Made by a program: the position numbers and the translations under genes | Assembly (NCBI RefSeq): GCF_963921235.1 | Contig: NC_086098.1 | Span: forward strand, 4,278,001 to 4,342,000 | DNA: 64,000 nucleotides | Source: Mobula hypostoma | Taxonomy: Eukaryota | Reading direction: 5' to 3' | Part shown: positions 50,208 through 62,769 of the stretch, piece after piece | How positions within the stretch are numbered: position 1 is the first letter of the stretch | How the letters are laid out: each line of letters begins with the position of its first letter | Notes under the pieces: generated by a model | Databases searched by the model: none | What the model was told of the DNA's origin: nothing | Seen by the model: only the letters and a program-made list of their open reading frames with translations

Positions 50208-51208
50208 GAACTGTGATGGGACCTGGATCCTAGCGAATCACATAACTAGAAATGTGGATAGGACTTTAAACTAAATAGTAGGGGATGGGTTCAACAGGTT
50301 GGAGACGTATGGGTAAAGTGGAAAAGAAAAGTGTAGATAAAGATAAAGAGAAAGCAAAAGATTAAAAAAGGAGAAAAGTAAGAGTGGAGTGAAGAAAAGT
50401 CAAGTGCAAATGAGTAAAAGGTTACAAGAACTTAAAAGCACAATGAGTATGAGGGCACTTTTTCCGAATGCCCATAGTATTCGAAATAAGGTCAGTGAAC
50501 TTGTGGCACATATCACTATAAAGGGGTAGGATTCAGTGGCCATTACAGAAATGTGGTTGCAGGGTGGAGAGGATTGGGAATTAAGTAGCCAAGGATATCA
50601 GGTAATATGGAAGGATAGGCAGGAAGGTAATGGAGGTGGGGAAGCTCTCTTAATTAAGGATGAGATCGGGGCGATAGTGAGAGATGATATAAAATCTAAA
50701 AAGCAGAATGTTGAATGCATCTGGGTAGAGATTATGAAAATAGTAAAGGGAAAAAATTTACTGGTGGGAGTTGTCTATCGACCACTGAATAATAACATTA
50801 CAGAGGCACAGGCAATAAACAGAGAAATATCTGAGGCACGTTAGAATGGAACAGCAGTTATCATGGGGCACTTTAACTTGCACATAGATTGGGTGAATCA
50901 AGTTGGTCGAGGCAGTCTTGAGGAGGACCTCATGCAGCCATGATGACTTTCTGGAACAGCAAGTCACTGAACCTACAAGGGAACGTGCTTTCTTAGATCT
51001 GGTTCTGTGCAATAAAACAGGTAAAATCAGTGATCTTATAGTTAGGGGTCCTTTTGGAAAGATTGATCACAATATGATTAAGTTTTCATATAAATGGAAG
51101 GTGCAATAGTTCAATCTAAAACCAGTGTATTATGCCTAAACAAGGGAGACTACAATGGACACACATCAAAGTTGCAACGGGCCAGGCAGCATCTCTAGGA
51201 AGAGGTAC

Positions 51209-51244
51209 AGTCGACGTTTCGGGCCGAAACCCTTCGTCAGGACT
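51209..51244 (-). ncRNA. Best-preserved minimal hammerhead ribozyme motif
   Basis: Minus strand AGTC CTGACGA A GGGT-TTCG-GCCC GAAA CGTC GACT; GUC cleavage triplet, 4-bp stem I. Confidence 0.8.
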
Positions 51245-51507
51245 AAATGAAAGAAACGCTAGTAAGAGATTTGAAAGTGGGAGGGGGAGGGGGAGATCCA
51301 AAAGGATAGGAGAAGACAGGAGGGGGAGGGATGGAGCCAAGAGCCGGACAGGTGATTGACAAAAGGGATGTGAGAGGATCATGGGACAGGAGGCCCAAGG
51401 AGAAGGAAAAGGGGGAGGGGGGAAAACCCAGAGGATGGGCAAGGGGTATAGTGAGAGGGACAGAGGGAGAAAAAGGAAAGAGAGAGAAAGAATGTGTATA
51501 TATAAAT

Positions 51508-52120
51508 GTTGTTGTTGTTGTTCGTCCTTCGTAGTCGAAGATGACCATGGCTTCAAAGTCAAATGGGAGATTGGTTGGTGGCTGTGGGTCTGGAGGTGAC
51601 TGATGAGGCCAATCCGGGCCCTGAAGGCTCGCCCACATGTGGGACACAAGTGGGTGGGTGCTGTCGTGGCAGTGGATGCTGCTTGGGTCTTGCGCACAGC
51701 ACGCTTTCGTTGTGCCTCGATGATGCGCCTGACTTCAGCTGCACGGGCTCCTGTGGTGATCTTGCTGCGCCAAGCTGGACGGTCGAGGGCAAGCGTCTCC
51801 CACGTGTTGATGTCGACACCCAGGCCTTTAAGGGACGCTTTGAGGCAGTCTTTGTAACGTTTCTTCTGCCCCCTGACTGAGCGCATGCCCTGACACAGTT
51901 CTCCATACAGCAGCTGCTTAGGCAATCGGCTGTCTGGCATTCTGACCACATGTCCAGCCCACCTGGCTTGGGCTTTCAGCAGGAGGGTGTAGATGCTGCA
52001 GAGCCCAGCTCGTTCCAGGATTTCCGTGTCGGGGACTTTGTCCTGCCACCTGATGTGGAGGAGTCTGCGGAGACAGCTCGGGTGAAAGTGGTTGAGCTGT
52101 TTGGCGTGTCTGCCGTAGAC
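51508..52120 (-). mobile_element. 5'-truncated RTE-clade LINE with (CAA)n tail and ATAAAT TSD
   Basis: CLRRLLHIRWQDKVPDTEIL, RWAGHVVRMPDSRLPKQLLYGEL, CPTCGRAF...LISHLQTH; TSD 51502-51507 and 52121-52126. Confidence 0.93.
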
Positions 52121-53059
52121 ATAAATAAATAACGGATGGGGTACGAGGGGGAGGCGGGGCATTAGCGGAAGTTTGAGAAGTCAACGTTCATGCCATCAGG
52201 TTGGAGGCTACCCAGACGGAATATAAGGTGTTGTTCCTCCAACCTGATATGGATAGACATATCAGAACGGGAATGGGATGTGGAATAAAATGTGTGGCCA
52301 CTGGGAGATCCTGCTTTCTCTGGCGGACAGAGCGTAGGTGTTCAGCGAAACGATCTCCCAGTCTACGTCGGGTCTTGCCAATATATAAAAGGCCACACCG
52401 GGAGCACCGGATGCGGTATATCACCCCAGCCGACTCACAGGTGAAGTGTCGCCTCACCTGGAAGGACTGTCTGGGCCCTGAATGGTGGTAAGGGAGGAAG
52501 AGTAAGGGTATGTGTAGCACTTGTTCTGCTTACAAGTATAAGTGCTGGGAGGGAGATCGGTGGGGAGGGATGGGGTGGACGAATGGACAAGGGCGTCATG
52601 TAGGGACCAATCGCTGCGGAAAGCAGAGAGAAGGTGGGGGGGAAAGATGTCTCCCTCCTGGTACTTATCCTTGTAAGCGGAACAAGTGAATTTCCAGCAT
52701 CTGCAGGATTCCTTGTGTTTGCGAGACTACAATGGGATGAGGGAGGAATTGGATAGGGTAGACTGGGAACACAGGCTAAATGGTAGGATGGCTGAGGAAC
52801 AGTGGAAGACTTTCAAAGAGATTATTCATGGTGCTCAACAAAAGTATATTCCAGTTAAAAGCAAGGACAGTAAGGGTGGGGAGAGCCAGGCATGAATAAC
52901 TAAGGAAATAAAAGAAGGCATTAAACTAAAAGCTTGTGCGTACAAAGTTGCCAAGAGTAGTGGGAAACTGGAAGACTATTTCGTGTCAGTCTTCATGGTG
53001 GAGGACACGTCTAACATGCCGAAGAGAGATGTTATGGATGCGATGGGTGGTGAGGACCT

Positions 53060-53751
53060 ATCACTAAAGAATAAACCTGATTCTGAACCTTGCTGATAAC
53101 TCTACTGTCATTGGCTGAATCAAAGGTGGTGATAAATCAGCATATAGGAGAGAGACAGAAAATCTTGCTGAGTGGTGACACAATAACAGCCTCTTCTGCA
53201 AGACCAAGGAGATGATTACTGACTTTGGGAGGTGGAGAGGATCAGCAACTTTAAAATCCACAGTGTTATCATTTCAGAGGACCTGCTTTGACCCAGCACA
53301 TAAAGAAAGTACAGCAACATCTCTACTTCCTTAGAAGTTTGCAAAGATTTAACATGACATCTAAAACTTTGACAAACTTCTATAGATGTGTAGTGAAGAA
53401 TATGTTGACTGGCTGCACCATGGCCTGGTATGGAAACACTGATGTCCTTGAATGGAAAATCCTTCAAAAAGTAGTGGACATGACCCAGTCCATCACAGGT
53501 AAAGCCCTCCACACCTTTGAGCACATCAATACAGAGTGATGTCACGGGAAAGCAGTATCCATCTTCGGGGCCCCCCGCCACCCAGGACATGCTCTCTCAC
53601 ACTGCTGTTTTCAAGAAAAAGTTACAGAATCCTCAGGACTCACACCATTAGGTTCAGGCATAATTATTACCATTCAACCATCAGGTTCTTGAACCAGGGG
53701 GGATAACTTCACTCATTTTCACTTGCCCCATCACTGAAATATTCCCACAAC
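53060..53751 (+). mobile_element. Rex/Babar-like LINE 3' fragment
   Basis: KKVQQHLYFLRSL, FYRCVVKNMLTGCTMAWYG. Confidence 0.8.
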
Positions 53752-53755
53752 CTAA

Positions 53756-54657
53756 TGTTACGTACCCCGTAACTGGGTTGCCAAACCAGCAGAAATGGAT
53801 CACTCAGTTGGAGTCTGGATCACTGGAACTAAGAAAGTTTTATTAAAGAAATAAGTAACACAGTACTCTAATCAAAAGGATAATGAATACAACAGTTCTG
53901 CGATGAGAAACACACATGTACACAGAAACTAGGATAATAGGATCAATCAAGCTCTATCGTCGTCTAGGGGTAAATGACCAGTTTCAAAGTGACACAAAGT
54001 TCAGTTCAATTGAATTCAGTTCAGTCCACAGTAATCACTGCCGTGGGAGATGGACAGTGTGGGGGGAAGGAGAGAGAGAGCAAAACGAATGAATATTCAA
54101 ACGGCTTCCACACAGACCTTCGATATTCTTCGCAGTCAGCTTTCGGGCGAGCCCTTTGGGATGTCTTCTGAGGTCACCGACTGTGACCCCTCCATTTCCA
54201 GATACAATCTTTCCTCAGCGGGAACCCAGCACCCAGGCAAGGGCGGACACACACCAGGTTCCCGCCGATCGTATCTTTCCACCCTGTGCGTCTCTGGCTT
54301 GGTCCCGCGACCAGCCCTCCAAAGACTCCCACTGACTTGTGGGAGGCGCACCGCTTCCAGGGTCTCGTTACCTCGTGGTGTCGTGTGTGTCCTGCCTTAG
54401 CGAACCTGTCCCTTTTTATCCCCCTGCTGGGGTATCGCCTGTCCATCACTTCAAACAGTTCAGGGTTCAAAGGGGAGCCGATCTTGACAGCTCTCCTTCC
54501 GTTAAACTCTCCCGTCCCTTCATTAACATCTCCAAATGCTGCTCCATTGTTTTCCTTATCTCTCTTTCTCCTGAAGACAGGTGGCAGACCAACTGCTGAT
54601 CCCACTGGTGTCAGCACAGGACAGCTAACATCTTAATCTATGTGTACTCTCGTCACA
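53756..54657 (-). mobile_element. Solo LTR, 902 bp, TG...CA, 4-bp TSD CTAA
   Basis: ctaa|tgttacg...cgtcaca|ctaa; minus-strand TATA-like GATAAAAAGG (about 54411-54420) upstream of AATAAA (about 53839-53844). Confidence 0.88.
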
Positions 54658-54708
54658 CTAAGGACTCACTTTCAAGGACTCATATGCTCGATATTTATTG
54701 CTTATTTA

Positions 54709-55370
54709 GATTAGATTAGATTATGAGGACACACGGTCCTCTTTTATTGTCATTTAGTAATGCATGCATTAAGAAATGATACAATTTGTTCCTCCAGAAT
54801 GATATCACAGAAACACAAGACAAACCAAGACTGAAAAACTGACAAAAACCACATAATTATAACATATAGTTACAACAGTGCAAAGCAATACCGTAATTTG
54901 ATAGAAGAACATGGGCACGGTAAAAAAAAGTCTCAAAGTCTTTCGAAAGTCCCATCATCTCACGCAGACAGTTGAAGGAAGAAAATCCTTCCTGCCATGA
55001 GCTTCCAGCGCCGCAAACTTGCCGATGCAGCATCCTGGAAGCACCCGATCACAGTCCGACTCCAAGTCCATCCGAAAACTTGGAGCCTCCGACCAGCTAT
55101 CTGACATCGAGCACCATCTCTGCCAAGCGCTTCGACCCCGGCCCCAGCAACAGGCAATAGGCAAAGCCAAGGATTTGGGGCCTTCCCCTCCAGAGATTCT
55201 TGATTGCTCAGTAGCAGCGGCAACGAAGCGGGCATTTCAGAAGTTTCTCCAGATGTTCCTCCGTGCTTCTCACGGCTGTCTCCATCAAATCCGGATTGTG
55301 CACGGCATCCTACTTCACAAATACGATATCAATTTGGAGCGGTGCCATCTTCTTCTCCCCCTTGGCATAT
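54709..55370 (-). mobile_element. Short non-autonomous retroelement with 5' AAGATGGC motif and (CTAAT)n tail
   Basis: Minus 5' GAGAAGAAGATGGCACC; AATAAA before the tail; possible TSD tattta. Confidence 0.55.
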
Positions 55371-55869
55371 TTAATTATTGTTATTGATTTTTTTCTCGTT
55401 TGTTGTCTATTGCACACTGGTTGTCTGCCCTATTGGGTGTGGTCTCTCAATGATTCTATTGTGGCTACTGGATTTTCTGTGCATGCCCACGATAAAACAA
55501 ATCTCAGTGTTGTATATGGTGACATGTATGTACTTAGAAAACAAATTTACATTGAACTTTGAACTTTATGCTGGATTATTTTCTGAGGCTGAAGAAGCAT
55601 CTTTTGCTTATTAACTGTGATTATTAGTTAGCCTCCCTCTATAAACTTCATTGATCAGATACAAAAGCCACAGTGGATTCCAGTTACTTGGGACACATCA
55701 GGACCTGTACAATTTGGCCCAATCATGCAGATGCCTCAATCAACCAAATTTTCACAGAAATAGTTAAAAAGGTAAAAAAAAAAGACATAGTGAATAACAT
55801 ATTACAGAACAAACTAGAACAGTATCAATACTACTACTGTACTATAAAACTGTGCTTTACTTCCTAAAG

Positions 55870-58800
55870 CCTATAGAGTCATGGAGTAATAGAAAAGTAC
55901 AGAACAGAAACAGGCCATTCAGCCCATCTATTCTATGCCGAACTGTTTAAACTGCCTACTCCCATCAACCTACATTGGAAACACAGTCCTTCACACCCCT
56001 ACCATCCATGTACCTATACAAACTTCTCTTAAACGTTGAAATGGAGCTTAGTGCACTACTTGTGCTGGCAGTTCATTCCACACTCTCACGACCCTCTGAG
56101 TGAAGAAGTTTCCCCTCATGTTCCCCTTAAACTTTCACCTTCCACCTTTAAGCCATGACCTCTGGTTGTAGTTCCATCTCACCTCAGTGCTTGCATTTAC
56201 CCTATACATACCCCTCACAAATGTGTATATCTGTATCAAATTTCCTCTCAAGATTCTACATTCTGAGGAATAAAGTCTTAACATAGTGAATCTTTCCTTA
56301 TAATTCAGGTCCTACAGACCTAGCAACATCCTTGTAAATTTTCTCTGTAATCTTTGAACCTTATTTACATCTTTCTTGTAGGTAGGAGACCAAAACTGCA
56401 TAAAATACTCCAAATTAGGCCTCACCAAAGTACTATACAACATAACATCCCATTTCCTTTACTCAATACTTTGATTTATGAAGTCCAATGTGCCAAAAGC
56501 TTTCTTTACTTCCCTATCTACCTGTGGTGCCACTTGCAATGAATTATGTACCTGTATTGCCAAATCTCTTTGTTCTACCACACTCCTGAGTGCCCTGTGT
56601 AAGCCCTACTCTGGTTGGTTCTACTGAAGTGCAACACCTCACACTTGTTATAATTAAATTCCATCTGGCATTTTTCAGTCCATTTTTCCAGCTGCCTCAG
56701 ATCGCACTATTGATAGTCTTCCTTGCTGTCCAGTACAGCCCCCGTCCTGGTATCACCCGCGAATTTGCTGATCCAGTTAACCGTATTATCATCCAGATCA
56801 CTGGTATAGATGACAAACAACAGTGGGCCCAGCACTGATCCCTGCTGCACTCCACTAGTCACAAACCTCTCGTCAGAGAGACAACCATCTACTGCCACTC
56901 TCCAGCTTCTCCCATAAAGCCAATGTCTAATCCAATTTAATATCATATCTTCAATGCCAAATGACTGAACCTTCTTGACCAACCTTCCATGTGTGACCTT
57001 GTCCACATAAACAACATTGTTACATACCTCATGGATATCTTGTGACTGTCTTATGAAGATGATGTAATGGTCTTGTGGAGATCACATGATGTAATTCTCC
57101 CACCGATGAGGTCACATGATTACCTGTTCTCAACAGGTATATAAAAGGGAGACCCCTGGTGACGCAGTTAGTTTTCAGTTAGATTGTCAGTCAGATACTC
57201 CGCTACACTGCGTATTAGTCTCATGACGCAGTATAATTTTAAAATGGAGTTTTACTGTCTATTGTAAGGTACAGAAGTGTTGGGCTGGCAGTTTCACCAA
57301 CAGCTGCCAGATTTGTTGATGTACCTTTTCAGTAATATTGGAGAGTGAAGACGGGAACCTAAAGGAGTCATTCGGCGGTTTGGGAGATGATCGACCATTA
57401 TTGAATTCGTTCAAGTAAGGGTGATCTGCATGAGATAATCTCTGGTAAAAGCAGCAGAAAAGGTTTGCAGTATCTAGTCTACAGAGGGAAAAGGTCAGTG
57501 CCTTTAAACTGTTTTATTTCCGTTGTCGTAAATCCTGCGGACAAGGCAGATTCCGGCTGGGATCGACAGTAACGTTGTGTTTTCGAGGAATTCTTTACTT
57601 CAGGATAGTCTCTCCTAATTGACTGTATAAATCTCTTGGGCTTTCAAATTTACCATTCTAAGAGCTGTGTTCTAATTTACCACTTTAAGAACTGTTATCG
57701 TATTTACTGCTTTAAGAACTGTTTTCGTATTTACCGCTTTAAGAACTAGTAATGAGTTTGGCAGTTTCTTAAATGGCCGCACAGCAGTTTACTTCTGGTT
57801 AAAGTTTTTATTTGTTTATCTCTTTACTAATATTGAGCAGAGTTTAATAAATGTTTGTTTGTTTATAAAATCTGACTCATTTCTATATTCACCGTTGCTG
57901 GTCACGTGACAAACATCCAAGCTTTGTCTTCATCAACCTTCCTGGTAACTTCCTCAAAAAACTCTATGTGGTTTGTTGAACATGACCTACCACACAGAAG
58001 CCATGCTGACTATCCCTAAACAATCTGTGTTTATCCAAATACTTACATATCTGGTCCCTCAGAATACCTGCTAATAACTTGCCCACAACTGATGTCAGAC
58101 TCACGAGCCTATAATTCCCTGGTTTATTTTTAGGGCCTTTCTTGAACACATTGGCTATCAACCCATCCTCTAGTACCTAACATGTCTCTAAGAATGATTT
58201 AAGCACCTCTGTTAGGGCCCCAGCTGTTTCTGCACTTGCATCCCACAGGGTATGAGGGAACACCTTGTCAGGCCATGGGGAGATTTATCCATCCTAATTT
58301 GTCTCAAGACAGCAAACACCTTCTCCTCCCCTGTAATCTACGTAGGGTCTATGAAATTGATGCCACTTTGCCTCACTTCTATAGACTCTGTGTCCATCTC
58401 CTGAGTAAATACAGATGCAAGAAATTCATTTAAGTTCTCCCCCATCTCTTTTGGCTCCACACATGGATCACCATTCTGATCTTCCAGAGGACCAATTTTG
58501 TCCCTTGCAATCCTTTTGCTCTTAATATCCTTAGGATTCTCCTTCAGCCTGTCTGCTTGAGCGACATCATGCCTTCTTTTATCCTTCTTGATTTCTTTAA
58601 GTGTTCTCTTGCATCTGTTATATTCCACAAGCACTTCGTTTGTTCTTGCTTGCCTATACCTGTTAAAGACGTCCTTTTTTCTGTTAACCAAGGCCTCAAT
58701 TTCTCATGAAAACCCATTTGTTACAACCTTATCCTTGTTACATTTACCTTCTTTTCTCACAGGCACATACAAGCTTTGTACTCCCAAAATTTCATTTTTG

Positions 58801-59530
58801 AAGGCCTCCCACTTTCCAAGTACACCTTTGCCAGAAAACAGCCTGTCCCAATCCACACTTGCCAGATAATTTCTGACACCATCAAAATTGCACCTTCTCC
58901 AAGTTAGAATCTCAACCTGCAGACCAGACATAGCCTCTTGCATATTTACTTTGAAACTAATGGCATTATAATCACTAGATGCAAAGTTTTACCCTACACA
59001 AACTCTCATTGGGACTTCTATCTACTGAAATAAACACATTTCCTGAACACATTTGACAAGCTCTATCCCATCTAATCCTTTCACAGTATGGGAGTCCCAG
59101 TCAATATGTGGATAGTTAAAATCACCCACTATAGCAACCTTATGCTCCTTGCAACAGTCTGCATTCTCTCTGCAAATGTGTTCCTCTAAATCCTTTGGAC
59201 CTTTGGGTGGTCTGTAACATAGCCCAATTAACGTGGCCATACCTTTCTTCTTACTCAGCTCCACCCATAATACCTCACTAGACAAGTTCTCCAATCTGTT
59301 CTGACTAATAGCCGTGACATTTTCCCTGACAATAACACTTCCCCTTCTCCTTTAATCCCTCCTGCTCTGTCACAACTAATACAATGGAACCCCAGAATAT
59401 TGAGCTGCCAGTCCTGCCCCACCTACAATATCATAATTTCGGGTATTGATCCATGCCTTGAACTCATCTGCTTTTCCTACGATACTTCTTACATTGAAAT
59501 ATGTACAGCTCAGGACATTAGTCACACATT
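55870..59530 (-). mobile_element. Degenerate CR1 interrupted by a solo LTR
   Basis: CYRPPKG, VGDFNYP, NYRLVSLTSVVGKLL, SGVQQGSVLGP, KFAGDT. Confidence 0.88.
57018..57911 (+). mobile_element. Solo LTR, 894 bp, TG...CA, 5-bp TSD AACAT
   Basis: aacat|tgttac...gtgaca|aacat; TATATAAAAGGG near 57138, AATAAA near 57846; internal tandem tatttac.gctttaagaact units at about 57645-57750. Confidence 0.9.
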
Positions 59531-61153
59531 GACGAAGGAATTCATCTGTATTGTGTTCTTTTGACTGTAAATGAACAAAGTCAGCACAGGCACCAAGTGT
59601 GGATAATGAATTGTCTTCATACAATCCTTCCAACAGTTGCATCCTCCAGCTCTTCACTTTCATTGTAACATTTAAGATGATTTTCAATACCTTCACATGG
59701 ATTACCATTCTAATCTTCCAGAGGACCAATTGCTCTTAATAGCCTGTCTGCTTGAGCAACATCATGCCTTCTTTTAGCCTTCTTGATTTCTTTAAGTGTT
59801 CATAATTCCTATCTTGTAGTGAAATTGTTCCATTTTCACTCTCAGCATCTCCAAGCCTGATGCTTGAAACTGCAGTTAGCAAAACAGTTCTGAATCATCT
59901 TACTGCTTATTTCTCACCAACTACCAGTGACAACAATCACTGCTTGTCTGAAAATTTGAACACAAGCACAAGCAACTGATGCTGTTTAAAAATTGTTTGC
60001 TCAAAGCATGATGTTATGACTCACGGCCACACGAGTGCACGCATTCGATGCTGATTAGAGACTGTTCAGCAAAAGTTTCCTGCCCCAATTAAGCAGCATT
60101 GTATCCCAAATAAACAAGGGGAATCCGGCTATTTTTTCAATTAGTTTTTGTTCTTTAAAAGTTGATCCAAATAAATGGCTGCCCGGATTAGCCCATGGCC
60201 CAATTAATCAGAATGAATTGTACACAAATATTCATGGAAAGGTAATCCCGGAACAGAATCATACTTGTTCTGCATTCTTGAGACGGCTCAAAGTTCGACA
60301 CACGGTAAACTGTGACCTGGATAGGTACATGTAGCTTAGAAAAACAGAGGGCTCTGGGTAACCCTTCTTTAGCCATCCAGTTCATGCCAAGCTCAAGTTC
60401 AATTTCAAGTTTATTATCATTCAACCATATAGCTAAAGGAAACATCATTCCTCTGGGTGAAGGTGCAAAACACAGTGTATACAGTCACACACAGCACAGA
60501 TAGTCACGGTCCAGCACATAGAGTCACAAAATAATATTAGCACAGGTCCCCAAATGGCAGGACCTGAAGGTTGACAGGTTGACATAAAGTACGAGTAACA
60601 AGTTGTTCAATTTAGTATCAGAGAATACAATCTGAAATTCTTGCTCTTCGCAGAGAGGTGCATGTTTATTTGAGATAGTATCATGTTACTGGCACTATTA
60701 TAATATATAATTATTTAGAAATACTGTGTGGAACAGGTCCTTCCAGCCCACCGAGCTGCACTGCCCAGCGACGCTCCTATTTAACCCTAGCCTAATCACG
60801 GGACATATTACAATGACCAATTAACCCACCAGCCGCTTAAGTCCTAGAACTGTGGAGGAAACCCATGCAGTCACGGGGAGAACATACAAACTCCTTACAG
60901 GCAGCATCACAACTGAACTTGGAACTCCGACCTCCGACACCCCAGGCTGTAATAGTGTTGTGTTAACCGCTACACTACTGTTATGCCCGGTAGTATAAAC
61001 ACGTCCACTCCCATCAAGCTGCATCTGTACTCCAGTACTCTGTACCCCTCCGATCAATGTACTCCTCCAAACCTCTGTTATATGTTGACAGAAAATGACA
61101 CGTTATATTGATGCTTGTGTGATACATTATACTGAATGCAAAATCAAACTTAC

Positions 61154-61334
61154 TCGGAAGTAATCACTGCACGCTGCCAGGACTGCCCTGTGGGCATGGA
61201 ATTTCTGATCCTCGGCAACTAGAGTGACATCACAGAGTATCCCATCCATCCTCTGCTGATTCAACGCAGCCAGGACGGCATCTTTATGGGACTTGGACTG
61301 ACAGAGTCTGTGACCCGTTAGCATCTCTTGAATG
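61154..61334 (-). CDS. KLHL32: KLHL32 coding exon, N-terminal half of the BTB domain (IQEMLTGHRLCQSKSHKDAVLAALNQQRMDGILCDVTLVAEDQKFHAHRAVLAACSDYFR)
   Basis: Translation closely matches the vertebrate KLHL32 N-terminus as I recall it (SIQEMLTGQRLCHSESHNDSVLAALNQQRSDGILCDITLIAEEQKFHAHKAVLAACSDYFR). Acceptor ttttgtttgttttcag|C, donor CGA|gtaagt; 181 nt, ends in phase 0. Confidence 0.95.
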
Positions 61335-61879
61335 CTGAAAACAAACAAAAATTACGTAAGGAAAATTTACCCAAAGCAAATCAGCAAATCCACTCAGATA
61401 CAAAAGAAAGGTCAATACTGCACAATAACGAGAAACAGCAAGCCTTTTCAGTTGCCACAGTGGCTCCCACTCTAACATATAATTGGAAGAGAATGGAACC
61501 AGCATAGTGTGGGACACCCAGTCAACATCTCCAAACCAAAGAGCTGAGAACTATACAGGAAAAGCCTAAATCAGCAAGCCCTCCCCACCATTGAACACAT
61601 TTACAAGGAATACATCCACGAGAATGCAGCATCCATCATCAGGGACCCCCACCATCTCAGCCATGCTTTTTCTCACTATTGTCATCAGGAAGAAGGAAGA
61701 CGAGCCTCAAGTCTCACACCATCAAGTTCAGGAACAATTATTACACCTCAACCATCAGGCTCCTGAAGGAGAATAGATAACTTCACTCACCTCAACTCTG
61801 AACTGATTCCTCAATCCACAGACTCACTTTCAAGGACCTTTCATCTCATGTTCTCATTCATACTATTAATTTATTTTTT

Positions 61880-62400
61880 CTCAGCTCAAGCTGGTAAAAC
61901 CTGAGGTACGAGCATAGCCAAGCACACTCATTTCTCAATTGCAAGGAACTTTTGGACTATTCTAGTTGTGTTCGGTATTGTGGATTCTGCGCTATAAACT
62001 GTTGATGAAGTTTGCTGTGATGTTAGTCTCAAGTTTCATTACTCTGTAGTATACACCCATTATGAGTGTGTTTGCATCTAATGACCATTTCAAGTGTGTC
62101 TTTTCTCTCTTAGCTGCTTGAGTGCTCTCAGTTGTAAGTGGACTGCTTCGCTGAGAAACGCCTGCAGTAGTCACAGCCTGTGGCATTGAAGGCTACTTTG
62201 AATGATGGCTGCATCTTTTTCGGGATTTCTGGTGTCTGCTGGCCTATTCAGCAGTGAACCACTGGCAATTCACTGACTATCACACCCAGCTCTGGCTCCT
62301 GGCGACCCCCAGGCAGTGGCCGTATCACCCTGTTCTGTAGACATTCCTCCATTTCTAAAGCGAAAGGGTATTGCTTTTTATACCTACACCCAGGTTTTGC
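61880..62400 (-). mobile_element. Possible R4/Dong-clade non-LTR remnant (N-terminal part)
   Basis: HLKWSLDANTLIMGVYYRVMKLETNIT resembles the R4/Dong N-terminal KW...N..IM..YY....LET motif; recalled, not searched. Confidence 0.4.
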
Positions 62401-62636
62401 CTTCAGCTACCCTGAACATGGAGAACAGACACTGACCAGGGCAGCACCCAGTCTGGGTGCAGATGTGCCAGGATGTGTTTCTATCTTGGTCTGCAGGTGG
62501 TACCTGCCCTGCAGATCTGCAGAGATTTCCCCGATTTGCCACCCGGGGACACACTCGATGGGCGACAGAAAAACCCTCAGGATGATTGTTTTATTTGTAC
62601 ATGCACGGTCCTTTTATTGCATATTGGTTGTTTGTG

Positions 62637-62769
62637 CAACACACATCAAAGTTGCTGGTGAACGCAGCAGGCCAGGCAGCATCTCTAGGAAGAGGTACAG
62701 TCGATGTTTCTGGCCGAGACCCTTCGTCAGGACTGTGTTGCTTGAATTTCCAGCATCTGCAGAATGTTC
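62637..62769. mobile_element. About 133-bp Penelope micro-insertion: inverted hammerhead segment plus direct 3' tip
   Basis: TSD-like ggttgtttgtg at 62626-62636 and 62770-62780; mutated hammerhead on minus at 62699-62734. Confidence 0.85.

Larger units (their letters stand above)
51159..52720 (-). mobile_element. Penelope-like element, mostly inverted, with a short plus-strand terminal tip and 13-15-bp TSD
   Basis: TSD gagactacaatgg at 51146-51158 and 52723-52735; VIYRIRCSRCGLLYIGK on minus. Confidence 0.92.
50208..53060 (+). mobile_element. Degenerate CR1 (end of ORF1 through endonuclease) hosting nested Penelope and RTE insertions
   Basis: AITEMWLQ, VGVVYRP, LDLVLCN; resumes at 52721 (DYNGMREELDRVDW). 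Confidence 0.85.
26153..61153 (-). other. KLHL32: 35,001-nt GT-AG intron of KLHL32; positions 1-26044 are most likely part of the following intron
   Basis: Donor at 61152-61153 and acceptor at 26153-26154 with matching phase. The expected next exon (ILLEPGVIQDVL...-like) was not found in 1-26044. Confidence 0.85.

Noticed and set aside
51116..52162. 348-aa ORF with a C2H2-like finger
   Set aside because: Chimeric read-through of Penelope UTR and an RTE C-terminus; not a host gene.
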